This document shows, one piece after another, positions 63,552 through 64,000 of a stretch of DNA of 64,000 nt. Numbering within the stretch: position 1 is the stretch's first letter; every line of letters starts with the position of its first letter. Source of the DNA: Octopus sinensis (Eukaryota); contig NC_042999.1 in assembly GCF_006345805.1 (NCBI RefSeq), forward strand, positions 124,434,001-124,498,000, written 5' to 3'. A model generated the notes under the pieces. That model made no database searches. It was given only the letters and a program-made list of their open reading frames with translations, and was not told the origin of the DNA. The position numbers and the translations under genes are program-made.

Positions 63552-64000
63552 AAATGACTAGAGACCGAGACCTATGGAAGTATGCTGTGCATGAGAAGAC
63601 CCGGCAAGACTAGTGAGAACATAACCTGTGGCCTACATACCTTTCCTTCTTGGGATACAAAACTCCACTTGTGAAGACCTGTTGAGGCAAGTGAAAATCA
63701 AAATCAAAATCAAAATCAAATCAGATATCAGAAAGCAGAACCAAAATCGAAGTCGATCAACATCAATGGAAATTGCAGTTGTGGTGCCAGTGCCAGTGAC
63801 AACTAAGCGAACCATCCGATCGTGGCCGTTGCCAGCGCCGCCCCGACTGGCCTCCGTGCCGGTGGCACGTAAAAGCACCATCCGTTCATGGCCGTTGCCA
63901 GCCTCGCCTGGCCCCCGTGCCGGTGGCACGTAAAAAGCACCATCCGACCGTGGCCGTTTGCCAGCTCTGTCTGGCACTTGTGCGGGTGACACATAAAAAG
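63552..64000 (+). mobile_element. Young RTE LINE 3' region (ORF end plus UTR tandem repeats), running off the window
   Basis: [20 protein letters not shown] end, (aaaatc)n, then ccggtggcacgtaaaagcacc units as at 25561. Confidence 0.85.

Overview
AT-rich eukaryotic (metazoan) non-coding DNA, intronic or intergenic, saturated with microsatellites, SINEs, LINE relics and MITEs. The repeat repertoire resembles an octopus/cephalopod genome (inference from recalled repeat families, not a database result). No intact host gene is supported. Most ORFs in the track are translations of (CA)n/(TA)n/(CAT)n/(TAA)n tracts. The real protein relics are all transposon-derived: a Penelope-like GIY-YIG endonuclease (849-1319, -), a CRE-like and two R4/Dong-like restriction-like endonuclease (RLE) fragments, RTE and CR1 LINE pieces, and a Tc1/mariner transposase fragment. 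The most notable signal is a set of type I hammerhead ribozyme (HHR) motifs in several unrelated small non-autonomous elements. Two have all core nucleotides and helices (26363-26400, 63177-63249). One of these sits in a 383-bp monomer with a 50-bp terminal redundancy (retrozyme-like). A two-copy family fuses a tRNA-derived Pol III head to an HHR-bearing tail (23800-24072, 37850-38145). All structures were read by eye and coordinates of decayed repeats are approximate.
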